64,000 nucleotides of DNA. It comes from Heptranchias perlo. Its lineage: Eukaryota. Shown here one piece after another: positions 25,035 to 37,050 of the stretch. The number at the start of each line of letters is the position of its first letter. The stretch's first letter is position 1. The DNA lies in assembly GCF_035084215.1 (NCBI RefSeq), contig NC_090363.1:3286001-3350000 (forward strand), written 5' to 3'. Below the pieces are notes generated by a model. The model ran no database searches. It was not told the DNA's origin and saw nothing but the letters and a program-made list of their open reading frames with translations. Both the position numbers and the translations under genes were made by a program.

Positions 25035-27046
25035 GTGGTAAGAGAGACCACCACGTTGCTGACTCAGGTCCCAACAAAAAGCAAGTATTTTTCAACTTTA
25101 GATATTAGCAAAGGCTTTTGGCGTATTCCTGTTCGGTGGGAAGATCAGTACAAATTTGCTTTTACCTTCCAAGATCAAAGTTATATTTGGATGTGCTTGT
25201 TGCTAGGGTTTCACATCGCACCCACGATCTTTCACAAGCGAATGGCCAAAGCTGTTAAAAACTTTTCTGCCCCATCTACTCTGCTGCAATACGTAGATGA
25301 CTTACCACTGGCCACTAGGACAAAGGGAGAGCACCTGCAGTTGTTGGAGGAATTGCTCGGCCTCCGACCAGAGGCAGGACTTCAAGTTCATCGAAAGAAA
25401 GCCCAACTTCTGAAAGAACAAGTGACGTTTGTGGGCGTGTCCTGGGTGACATTTGTGGGCGTGTCCTGGGTGACATTTGTGGGCGTGTCCCTCTCACCAC
25501 AGCAACACAAAGTTGACGTCATCCAACCACTTCCACGACCAACCTCCGAAACAGCCCTCGGGTTATTTTTGGGATCGGTGGGCTATCAGCGCTCATATAT
25601 ACCGAGGTTCGCGGAGATTGCTGAACCTTGATATGAGCTTTTAAAGGGAAAGGATGGTGATGTTGACGCAGTCGAACAGTTGAAGAAAGCTGTCATGCAG
25701 GCCACCTGTCTCATTCCTCCAGCCCCTGGTAAGACATTTCACCTTGAGGTAGGTGCCACAGAACAGAGTTTGGCGGCAGTTTTATGTCAGGATGTTCAGG
25801 GAAAATTGTTGTCAATCGCTTATGCCTTCCGTATCCTGACATGGGTTGAAGTTAAATAGACCCCTTGTGAGAGACACGTCCTTGCAACCTTTTGGGCAGT
25901 GAAACATTTTACCTATATTGTGGAACTCGGTCACATCATCCTACATAGCCCGCATGTATAATGATACCAAGCACGACACACCTGTCGTGTGCGTTTCCCC
26001 CGATGCACAGGAGGGATTATTCCACTTATTCCACTCGCATCCCGCCGGTGGCCACTGTAGTGGAGACAAGACACTCTCAAAAGTGTCCAGCAGTGTTTGG
26101 TGGCCGGATCTGGCCGCTGATATAACGGCTCGTGTCCGTAGGTGTCTAGTATGTCTCCATAACAACCCTAGTCCCTGCAGTAATAAAGCCACCCTCCACA
26201 GCACCCCAGACCCCGAAGGACCCTGGGTGCACCTTTGAATTAATTTTATAGGAACTCCCGCGAAAGCCCCCACGGGTCACCAACATTGTTTGGTCAACGT
26301 GGATAAATTTACCAAGTGGATGGAGGCGTTTCCTTGTAAGACTAACACGGCCATCACGGCCGCCCGTGTTTTATCGAGTGAAGTGATCTGTAGGTGGGGA
26401 GTACCTATCCAAATTGATAGTGACCAAGGCTCTCACCGGCAACATTCTCTTGCAACTTCAAAAAGTTATGAATATAGAACATAAGCTGCACATATCACAC
26501 CACCCCCAGGTGTGGTAGAGAGAGGGAACAGGACCCTTAAAACAATGCTTAAAAAGTTTTGTGCAGATCACCCCACTCAATGGCCAACTATGCTGCCTAT
26601 GTGCCTTATGGCTATTTGATCGACCACTCGTAGTACTACTGGGGTATCCCCATACCAGGCTATGACAGGACAGCTGATGAGAACACCGGGACATCGCCTG
26701 GTACCTGGGAGCAGCTAACCAGGCATGGCTGGAGAAGGTGATAGAACAGGGTAATCGAACAAATTAGTTTGTAGCCAGGCAGATGGGAAAATGCAAAAGG
26801 CAGGAGAAAAAGTACTTCGATAAAAAGGTGCAACCATTCGAGTATCAGGTCAGTGATGTTGTATTGGTACTGAATTATGGTAAGAAAGAGCATGCATTCG
26901 AACCAAAGTGGTTGGGTCCATTCCCAATCGTTGACAGACGCAGTCCAGCCGTGTATTTGATTCAGCTACCAGGGAGGGGAAAACAGGGTAATCACAAAAC
27001 TACCAAATGGTATCACATTAATCAGGTGAAAGCTGCGCAAGAATAA
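25035..27046 (+). pseudogene. pol: ERV pol: RT, tether, integrase (stops and frameshifts)
   Basis: RT: YFSTLDISKGFW, QYKFAFTF, LQYVDD. Tether at 25737-25955. Integrase: HxxxxGGH...CxxC, VDKFTKW, DSDQGS, VVERGNRTLK, WLGPF. Confidence 0.9.
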
Positions 27047-27075
27047 ATGCTAGACTTGTATTTTCCAGGGAGCCA

Positions 27076-29277
27076 ATGACACGACCGCATGCAATGAAGC
27101 ACATGATCTATATGACCAGATTGGGAGCCATCCTAAAGGCCACAGAGAGGACTCATTATCATCTGGAATGGAATAGCTTCGGACTCTCTCCCATTAACGA
27201 TGAATTGTTCAAAAAACACAGACAACAAGGCTTTAACATGTAACCTCATGGTGTACTGTAACAACTGCACGTGGCCAGGCCCCAAGGCCAGTGAGGCCCA
27301 GTCCATAATAGTTGAGGAACTTTCATTCAGCTTCTCCCATATTGAGGTCGAAGAAGGGGAGGGACTCAGGCTAACATGTGCATGTGCTAATGTGATGAGG
27401 GTGAGGTGGACAAGGATGGACTTTCATAGAAACGTAATAACGGACCACAAAGGGATAGGGCGAGTAGGAGTACCCTACTCTACCTCGAGCCCGTCAGACC
27501 TGAACTAGCCAGCTATCCGCCAAAGGCAGAATGGACTGATCATATGTTTTGGTACTCAAGCAATACGGAAACATGGATATGAATGAATCTGGATAGATGT
27601 CTGCTTTAAAAAAAAGCAGTCAAACCAATTATAGTAGATCAGGATGCCCCGCTCTGAAGCCAAATCCCAGAAACGGACTGGTAGTTACCTGTACTCATGA
27701 AGCATTGTATAATAATATACGGTTTGAAATAGTCCCTATCATATTTGATTTCAGTAATATTCGTTTGCCACCTGGGCTATATAACAAAACCTATGAAAGA
27801 TTCTATAGCCAGCTAGTTTCCCAACTACTCAAAAATTTCGTAAGGCATAACGCAGGGATAGATGTTGACGAGGCTTGGCCCCCAGAAGATCAAAACCCCC
27901 ATATATGACCCCCTGACAATAATAAACACTTCCATAGCCGAAAGAAACGAGGATTAGGGGAATGGATAGGGATAGGAGCTACTGCAGGAACAGCCACCTG
28001 GAACCGCATTGATATAGAGACCATGTGGGAACATGTCGAGGCCATGAGAAAACAGCTAAAAGGCATTTTGGGTAATATGACAAGGAATCAGGGAGATCAA
28101 ATAGTTGAACAACAGGAAGGGTTGAAGTCATTAAAAGGAATGGTGGATGGAATGTTACAAGTCCAAGAAAAGGTGAATGAGATAATCACTGAAGGGTCCC
28201 AAACTAAAAAGGGCATGTCAACAGCCATCACATGTGCCATGTATGGAGGGTTCTCACTGAATCAGGTTCAGCGGGGCCTAACAGATATTGAGAATACTAG
28301 GGTCCCCAATTTTGTAATGGATAAGAACCTTGAAGAGTGTGATGGTGTTTAAACCAATGAGCCCTATGATTGGTGCAAGATCTGAAGGTATGGATCTGTG
28401 TATTACGCTAGATGGCCCTGCAGTACAGATAATGATACTGAAATAGGCATGGTACCCATATAAATGTCTGCCCAGACTTGGGGAGGACAAGTGGGAAGTA
28501 TTAAATGTAGAATCCATAGAAATCTCAGAAGAAGGGGTGCACAAGGAATTTGAAGGTTACCCAGGATATATGATGAAAAAGGGAACCATTTGGAAAGTCC
28601 CCAACCTGAACTGTTGCACCAGATCACGAGGATCTTGGCTATGTACGTGCGACAGTACCACTCCAGGCATATCCATCTAGAGTAAACCCGCAGGCTATCA
28701 GTCTTCTGTTTGTACGGTGCAATTACAAAAATGGGACTATCACCAGGCCCAAAGTGTATACTTGAGAAGGGGAGAGTACTGTGTAACCACTGGAAACAGA
28801 AATGTCCAGTTCACCACTCGACGTTCTGTTTCGTGCCAACCGAGCTGACTAAGATAGGACCTGACATATTAGTACCAGTAGCTACCCATGTCACTACAAT
28901 TCAAGTTAACATATCCATGCAACATGAGGCTCTTAAAGCAGTGGTACAGTTTGGACACCCCATTCCACCCTTGTCTCTGGAACTCAAGTCCATCTTAGAA
29001 AGAACACCCACTTCTCAAAAACATTTGGTCAAGATGCAACAGAACAACGATGCAACACAAAAGGGAGATCCGGAAGCTAGAGACACATAAGTGGTGGGAA
29101 ATTATGTATAATGTAGGACAACATCCCTGGTTCCAAATGTTATCTACGCTTACGATTTTTGTTCAAGGAATGTTATTGATGGTACTGATTATATTAGTAT
29201 GCTATTTGCGATGCTTGTTAGTGACATTGGGAAAATGTGCAAATAACTTAGAGCTTGCGACACTGCTTAAGGAATAG
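27076..29277 (+). pseudogene. env: ERV env-like fusion glycoprotein (disrupted)
   Basis: Splice acceptor tattttccag at 27068. RKKR at 27939-27950 followed by a Gly/Ala-rich hydrophobic peptide and a heptad region. C-terminal WWE...TM (LTIFVQGMLLMVLIILVCYL) and a short tail. Confidence 0.8.
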
Positions 29278-29323
29278 TAATTAATGAGGGTCAATCAGAA
29301 TATTTCCCCCTCACGGTGGGGAC

Positions 29324-29880
29324 TGTAAGAATATAATGAGTTTAAGAATTCATCAAATATGATATGATAAATTTGGAATAGGCTAATCCAGGAAGAGATG
29401 AATTCAGGTAGTAAGTGATTAAAAGTCTAGTGAAATGGAAGAATACTAACCTTTCTAACTTTTAGGACTCTCCCAAATAAGACATGCAGCTGAATGAACA
29501 GGAAAGCTTGTAAACCTTGGGAGGGGGTCATCAGCTAACTTATTAACTTTTGTCCAGCTTCTATGAATATTGGGGTTATCTCCACAGGATAGAGGAACTG
29601 ATACATCATTAACTCACCATTTGTGAGACATCTGTTAAATAGTACATGCAGAGCTGCACATCTTTCAGGTAGAAATAAAGTACAAGAGACAGTTGGAGGA
29701 GGAACAGATAGTTAGACACATCCAGTGAATCGATGCTAGCCTTTGGCCTAACGCTGTGTAAGTATCGGGAAGATCACCATTGATGAGCCAGGCGTGCCGA
29801 TTGTCCAATCGCGAGAGGTGGGTAATATGTACCTATTATTGTACTGTTAAAGCTATTGTTAGTTACTGCTAACGAATTGT
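29324..29880 (+). repeat. Probable 3' LTR of the ERV (end truncated by CR1)
   Basis: ggtggggac followed by TGTAAG, 46 nt after the env stop. AATAAA near 29674. Confidence 0.6.
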
Positions 29881-29884
29881 ATCC

Positions 29885-30950
29885 ACTTCCCCCCCGCCCT
29901 GCAATCCTCATATCCCTTGATTCCCCTAGAGTCCAAAAATCTATCGATTTCAGCCTTGAATATACTCAACAACTCAGCATTCACAGCCCTCTGGGGTAGA
30001 ATGAAAGATTCACAACCCTCTGAATGAAGAAATTCCTCCTCATCTCAGTCTTAAATGGCCGACCCCTTATCCTGTGACTATGCCCTCTAGTTCTAGACTC
30101 TCCAGCCAGGTGAAACAACCTCTCGGCCTCTACCCTGTCAAGCCCCCTCAGAATCTTAAATGTTTCAATGAGATCATCTCTCATTCTTCTAAACTCCAGA
30201 GAGTATAGGCCCAATCTACTCAACCACTCCTCATAGGACAATCCTCTCATCCCAGGAATCAATCTAATGAACCCTCGTTGCACCGCCTCCATGGAAAGGA
30301 AATCCTTCCTTTGATAAGAAGACCAAATCAGTACGCAGTACTCCAGGTGAGATCTCACTAAAGCCCTGTACAATTATAGTAAGATCTTCTTATTCTTGTA
30401 CTCCAACCCTCTTGCAATAAAAGCCAACATACCATTTGCTTTCCTAATTGCTTGCTGTACTTGCATGCTAGCTTTTTGTGTTTCTTTACCAGGACACCCA
30501 AGTCTCTCTGGACACCAACATTTAATAGTTTCTCACCATTTAAAAAATATTCTGTTTTTCTATTCTTCCTACCAAAGTGAATAACCTCACATTTCCTCAC
30601 ATTATACTCCACCTGCCACCTTCTTGCCCACTCACTTAACCTGTCTATATCTCTTTGCAGACTCTTTTGGGGTGATTTAAAACCCTAAGAACGGGCGGGT
30701 GGGAGTTGAAAATAGTTGTTTCTTGGGTCGTGACCGCAACCCGGCTTTATTACTGGGTTTAACGTCGGCGGGTAAAAGTACAGGCTTCCCACTGGGAATG
30801 CAAAGTCTGAAAATTTTGCGGTTGCAACTCAAAAAAACAACTATTTTCAACTCCCACCTGCCCTCAACCCACCTGTTCTTGGGGTTTAAAATCACCCCCT
30901 TTGTGTCCTCCTCACAGCTTACTTTCCCACCTAGCTTTGCATCGTTGGCA
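29885..30950 (-). mobile_element. CR1 LINE fragment with nested MITE
   Basis: LVRSHLEYCV, CEVIHFGRKN. Confidence 0.88.
30668..30899. mobile_element. Palindromic MITE (TIR ggggtgattt[t/a]aaaccc)
   Basis: Long terminal inverted repeats and an apparent ttt duplication. Near-identical copy at 61902-62129, partial copies at ~7251-7400 and ~15220-15262. Confidence 0.8.
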
Positions 30951-31560
30951 AACAGGTCAGAGACTGGGTATTCTGCGGCAAGTGACTCGTCTCCTGACTC
31001 CCCAAAGTCTTTCCACCATTTACAAGGCACAAGTCAGGAGTGTGATGGAATACTCTCCACTTGCCTGGATGAGTGTAGCTCCAACAACACTCAAGAAGCT
31101 TGACACCATCCAGGACAAGGCAGCCCGCTTGATTGGCACCCCATCCACCACCCGAAACATTCCCTCCCTCCATCACCAGTGCACAGTGGCTGCAGTGTGT
31201 ACCATTCACAGGATGCACTGCAGCAACTCGCCAAGGCTTCTTTGACAGCACCTCCCAAACCCATGACCTCTACCACCTAGAAGGACAATGGCAGCAGACC
31301 CATGGGAATAATACCACCTGCACGTTCCCCTCCAAGTCACACACCATCCGGACTTAGAAATATATTGCCGTTCCTTCATCGTCACTGGGTCAAAATCCTG
31401 GAACTCCCTACCTAATGGAACTGTGGGAGAACCTTCACCACACGGACTGCAGCGGTTCAAGAAGGTGGCTCACCACCACCTTCTCAAGGGCAATTAGGGA
31501 TGGGCAATAAATGCCAGCCTTGCCAGCGACACCCACATTCCATGAATGAATTTAAAAAAA
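30950..31560 (+). mobile_element. Non-LTR retrotransposon 3' end with A-tail, inserted in CR1
   Basis: IYKAQVRSVMEYSPLAW, LDTIQDKAARLI; CR1 resumes after the poly-A. Confidence 0.8.
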
Positions 31561-32201
31561 ACTTGGATATATTACACGAGGACCCTTCATCCAAGTCATT
31601 AATAGATTGTAAATAGCTGAGGCACCAGCACTGATGCTTGCAGTACCCTACCAGTTACAGCCCATTCTAACTTTGTGCCCTTTGTATTAGGGCTTATCCT
31701 TCTCATAATGAAGTTTATGCGTAGGAAGCAGACTATTTCCAGTGAATGAGAGATCAAGAACGAGGGGTCATAGATGCATGATTAAATGTAAGAGATTTAG
31801 AACAGGGAGCAGGAAAAACTTCTTTGCACGGAGAGTTGTGAGGCTGTGGAATTCACTTCCAGGATTAATTGTTGAGGTACAATGCTCTGTGGTGACAAGT
31901 GGTCATCAGACCTTTATCTGAGACAGGCCTCAGCCCTGGCAAGGGGTTGGAATTCGAAAGTGAGGAAGTCAACATTCTCAGGTGGGTAAGGAACACAGCT
32001 CAGTAAATAACTATTTGAATGGTACTGGGGTGAAATATATTCACACAGTCTTCACTTTATTAATTAAATATATTTGTTGGGGTGACATTCTTAATTCTCT
32101 GGGGATTATCGTTTCAATGACAATTTTCGAGCGATTACACACGAGACCCGCCGAGTACCACTTGTTAGGAATGAGTGACCATCACTCAATTTGGTAACAA
32201 C

Positions 32202-32220
32202 GAAAAACGAAAGTGAAAGT
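32202..32220 (+). promoter_or_regulatory. IRF/ISRE-type element in probable promoter of gene B
   Basis: GAAAaacGAAAGTGAAAGT in a locally CpG-richer stretch, ~90 nt upstream of a consensus donor GAG|gtgagt (32309/32310). Confidence 0.6.
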
Positions 32221-32309
32221 TTTCAGGACTTGCTGCAGTGAATGTGCGCACTCGTTACAGATCGGTTGGAAGGCGGAAAATCTTAGATCAGATTGTCGGA
32301 AAGTGAGAG
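32221..32309 (+). other. Putative non-coding first exon of gene B (start approximate)
   Basis: Strong donor at 32310. The leader exon at 39064 has its own acceptor, so an upstream exon is required. Confidence 0.5.
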
Positions 32310-33029
32310 GTGAGTCCCAAATATTCTTTAATTCTCAGTGAGATTGGGCCGCTTTTATTAATGGTGAAAGGTCCCAACCTAATACAAGGTGTTGATCGGG
32401 GAGCTGCTGGAGATCGTCCAGCGAAACGTTGAAAACTTTATAAAATGTCTGTAATCATCGAACAGTGTGTGTAACTGGGCCCTATCGGTATAAGGGAACG
32501 GTAGGGAGAGGTCATTTTACATATTAAACCGTTAAGGGCAAACAGAGCGATCAGAAAGAGACACGGAAGTAAAATGGAGGAACAAAATCTTGGGCCGGCC
32601 ATTAAATTAAACTTTACCCACTGGGTGTTTACATTTAAAGTCAAATAGTTCAGCCCTGTAGATAGTTGCGGAATCTCCTCTCTTGAAATAAATCTTTAAT
32701 CCAGGAGCTTCATGTTAATTAATCTACACTGAATGCAGTTTGCTACTTTGCTTAAATACAGTCTCTTTAAGGCGTGGTCGGAAACATTAATTTCAACATT
32801 TGAAGTGTAATTCGAGCAGATCTCCTCCTGTGGCACTGCACTCGATAGCTCAGCGGATATTAATAAAAAGCACAATACTACAGATGCTGGAAATCTGAAA
32901 CAAAAGCGGAAAAAGTTGGGAAACACGCAACAGATCAATTAACATCTATAATAGAAGGGGATCTACTTTTTGGGGTGTGTAACCTTCATCAGAACTGAAA
33001 AAGGGATACAGACACTTCAGTGGTATCAT

Positions 33030-33765
33030 ATTATCGTTGTTTCTGCACAGGAGGAGGAAGCCATTCGGCCCATCCTGCCTGTGCCAACTCTTCTAAAGAG
33101 CTTTACAATTAGTCCCATTCCCCTGCTTTTCCCAGAGCCCTGTAAATCTTTTCCCTTCAAGTAATCATCCAATTCTCTTTTGAAAGTTATTATTGAATCT
33201 GCTTCCACTGCCCTTTCAGGCAGTGCAGATCTTTACAACTCGCTGCAATTAAAAAAAAGTTTCCTCATGTTGCCTCTGGCTCTTTTGCTGATCACCTTAA
33301 CTCTGTATCCTCTGGTTACTGACCCTTCTGCCACTGGAAACAGTTTCTCCTTATTTACTCTACCAAAACTGTAAACGATTTTGAACAAATATAAAATATC
33401 CCCTTAACCTTCTCTGCTCTAAGGAGAACAACCCCAGCTTCTCCAGTCTCTCCATATAACTGACGTCCCTCATCCCTGGTACCATTCTGGTAAATTTCTT
33501 CTGCACCCTCTCTAAGGCCTTGACATCCTTCCTAAAGAGTGGTGCCCAGAATTGAACACAATACTCCAGCTGAGTCCTAACCAGTAATAAAGGTTTAACT
33601 TCCTTGCTTTTGTACTCTATACTTCTGTTAATAAAGCCCAGGGTCCCAAATGCTTTTTTAACTGCTTTCTCAAATTGTCCGGCCACCTTCAAAGATTTGT
33701 TTACGTGCACCCCCAGGTCTCTCTGTTCCTGACCCCCCCCCCCTTAAAATTGTACCATTTAGTTT
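33030..33765 (-). mobile_element. CR1 3' fragment
   Basis: VRTQLEYCVQFWAP. Confidence 0.85.
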
Positions 33766-36228
33766 ACTGTAGGTTATTTTATTACCAAGAAGCCTTTGGA
33801 AACTATTTCAACCTATTGGTAGCCTTTTGTGAGGCTAATGGGGAGAGAGGAAATAAACAACAAGTAAAAATTAAGTGAATGAAAACCCAGTGTGGAGGCA
33901 CAAAATGAAATCTGCAGGTCAATGACAGAGCAACTCAACCTTGTTTGATGGCTGATGAAGTGGAGGTGATGATCCAGTTGGTGTTTGTGAAAAGTGTGGC
34001 CCTGCATCCCATTCCGTATCACCCTCCCCGTGGGACAACTCTGATAATACCGTACTTTTTGTCTGTATTCAATTTTTGATTTGGATTTTTTATGGCTTCA
34101 ATCAGCATGCAAGGGCTTAAAATCCCACAGGCATGCAGGGTCCTTTTCAACAGATAAACTATCGGCTCAGAGACCAGACGTGCTGGCTATGAGTTGCGAA
34201 GAAAAGCACAGTGAGTTTTCTAAAGTGTTCTCTTTCTACGAGGCTCTCTACCCTTAATATTGACTTTAACCACCAAGAAGGACAAGAGCAGCAGGCGCAT
34301 GGGAACAACACCACCTGCACGTTCCCCTCCAAGTCACACACCATCCCGACTTGGAAATATATCACCGTTCCTTCATTGTCGCTGGGTCAAAATCCTGGAA
34401 CTCCCTTCCTAACAGCACTGTGGGAGAACCGTCACCACACGGACTGCAGCGGTTCAAGAAGGCGGCTCACCTCCACCTTCTCGAGGGCAATTAGGGATGG
34501 GCAATAAATGCTGGCTTTGCCAGCGACGCCCACATCCCGTGAACGAATAAAAAAAAAAGATATTAACAATAGCTGCCATTTTCCCTCTGACAGTAGGTAC
34601 TGGCAATGTGGGATGGGTGTGCTGGCATTTACAGCGATGGGAATGAGGGCCCTCATCAGAACACTATTGCAGGTGATCTGCATCCTTGGTGTCAAACTGC
34701 TTTTTTCCTTCCACCAGACTCCCAAGCCACTGGAGCCTTATCTGCTTTGCTGGTTTTTCATGTTTCTCTTTCTACCTATCCCCCTTTAGCTATTCACATA
34801 CTCTCTGTATCTCCTACATTTCTTTTATTTCTCTTGTGCCTCATTTTGTCTTGTGTGAATATCACTTCTGCCATTTAATCATCTCCTGTTCTCCACCCAA
34901 GCACTTTACTGTTTCTTTTCCTGTGTGTGTGTTTTTTTTTTCCCTTCCCCCTTTCATTGTTCTGTTCCTTTTTTTAAAATGCTGTTTATCTGTAAAATCT
35001 TCCTGTCCCGAGGAGGGGGTCCTAGAACTGAAAAGTTGACTAACTTCTGTTTTCTCCAAAGATGCAGCCTGACCTGCTAAATATTTCCAGCTTTTTCTGT
35101 TTGTTTTCTGATTTCCAACATCTGCAGTATTTTTCTTTTTGTCTACAGTGTTAATTGTTTAATTGAATGTGATGGCTTTGGTCAATCACAAGCATCATTG
35201 CAGCTGTCACAGGCTGGGCTACCCATTCAGTATTGATAAGAGAAATACAGCATTTTGTGGCTCGCTGTTGATCTGATGTCATTATGAAAGATGCAGTCGT
35301 CTATTGACTTTTGTTTCATTATGACTTTAAAGATATTTGGATCATATTTCTGCAGCAAGCCTACCGAAATCATCCCACACTACCTGACAGATCAAAAAAC
35401 CAGGCTTGGGTGATGGGTTTGATTGACAGCTGTGACCAAGACCTTTGAGCTGAGTACACGGTCATTGATTAGTTGTAGTCCTCTTTGATGGATAGCTTGG
35501 TGGCCAGGGGTGATATTGGGCCTCATGTGTTTACTCTACAGTTAGTTTCAGTTTTGAACCTCAGTGTTTAATGCTCAGTGTTTAAGTTTTATGTTCATCA
35601 GCAGAATGGCAGGGTCACTTTTGAGGCTGTGACATGTTCCACAGCACCAAGAAGTAAGTTCATGTTTTTAAGTCTATGTTTAGAGAGAAAGTGAGTGGTG
35701 TCTTTATTATTTTATGCATTGAGGAGAGCAAAAAAAATGATTCACTGTTTGCTGTTCATTCACTAGAAAGGAGATTCACGTGATGGCACATGATTCATTC
35801 CACCAGCCAATGTGCAGAGTAAGGGTTCCCTTTCATGAATGCAAAAAGCTATACTTTGGATTGTAGGGGATACAAAAGTCCATGTATGGGAGGGTGGGTG
35901 CTACGGAACCTGAGATAATATCCAGTTTAAAAACCCAAATATGTGACAGCAGTATTGCAGTATACCTGGAAGCAAATAGAGACAGACTTGAGGCTGTTGC
36001 TGACAATTACTGCCTCTGGCTGTGCAGGTCCTACATTGCTTGTTAACTGCAGGTGTCCTTGCATCTGGTTCTCTGCTCACCAGAACCTGGCAAGACAACT
36101 TTCCATAGTTCGAGACAGTGTGTGTGTTGTTGATATTCTCTCCCTGGCATGACTTCGTTCATTCAGGAATATTTAAAGCATGAAATACAGTGAACAGTGG
36201 GCTTGTGAAAAGTGATCCAGTGTTAAAC

Positions 36229-37050
36229 GTAGGAACAGGAGTAGGACAATGAACTCCTTGAAACTGCCGCCATTCTATTAGATCACGGCTGCTCTGTACC
36301 TCAACTCCATTTACCCGCCTTTGCTCCATATCCCATGATACCCTTAGCCAACAGAAATCTATCGCTCTCAATCTTGAAACTTTAAATTGACCCAGCATCC
36401 ACAAGCTTTTGGGGAGAGAGAATTCTAGATTTCCACTACCCTTTGTGTGAATAAATGCTTCCTGATTTCAGTTCTAAATGGCCGAGCTCTAATTTTAAGA
36501 TTATGTCCTCTTGTTCTGGATTCTCCCACCAGAGAAAATAGTTTCTCTGTACCTACCCTATTGAATTCCTTTATCATTTTAATCACCTTGATTAGATCCC
36601 CCTTCAACCTTCCAAACTCAAGGGAATACAAACCAAGTTTATGCAACCTGTCCTCATAATTTAACCCTTTAAGCCCCGGTATCATTCTAGTGTATCGACA
36701 ATCTACACCCCGCCCCCCCATGCCAATATATTTTGCCTGAGGCACAATGCCCAAAACTGAATGCAGTATTCCAGATGGGGTCTGACCAACACTGTACAAC
36801 TGAAGCATCACTTCCTCCCTTTTGTATTACAACCCTCTAGAGATGAAAGCCAACATTTCATTAGCCTTTTTGATTGCTTTTTGTACTTGTATACCAGCTT
36901 TTAGTGATATGGACACCCAAACCCTTTCACTGTTCCACAGCTCCATGTCTCTCAACAGTAAGAAAATATTCAGATTTGTCTTTCTCGGTTCTAAAGTGGA
37001 TGACCTTGCAGTCCCCCACATTTGAACTCCATCTCCCATAGATTTTCCCA
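36229..37050 (-). mobile_element. CR1 3' fragment
   Basis: LNYEDRLHKLGLYSLE, TRGHNLKI. Confidence 0.85.

Larger units (their letters stand above)
24855..29880 (+). mobile_element. 5'-truncated decayed endogenous retrovirus (pol-env-3'LTR), loki-/foamy-like
   Basis: Order RT, tether, integrase, env-like ORF, purine-rich tract, TG-initiated LTR. gag and 5' LTR are absent. Confidence 0.85.
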
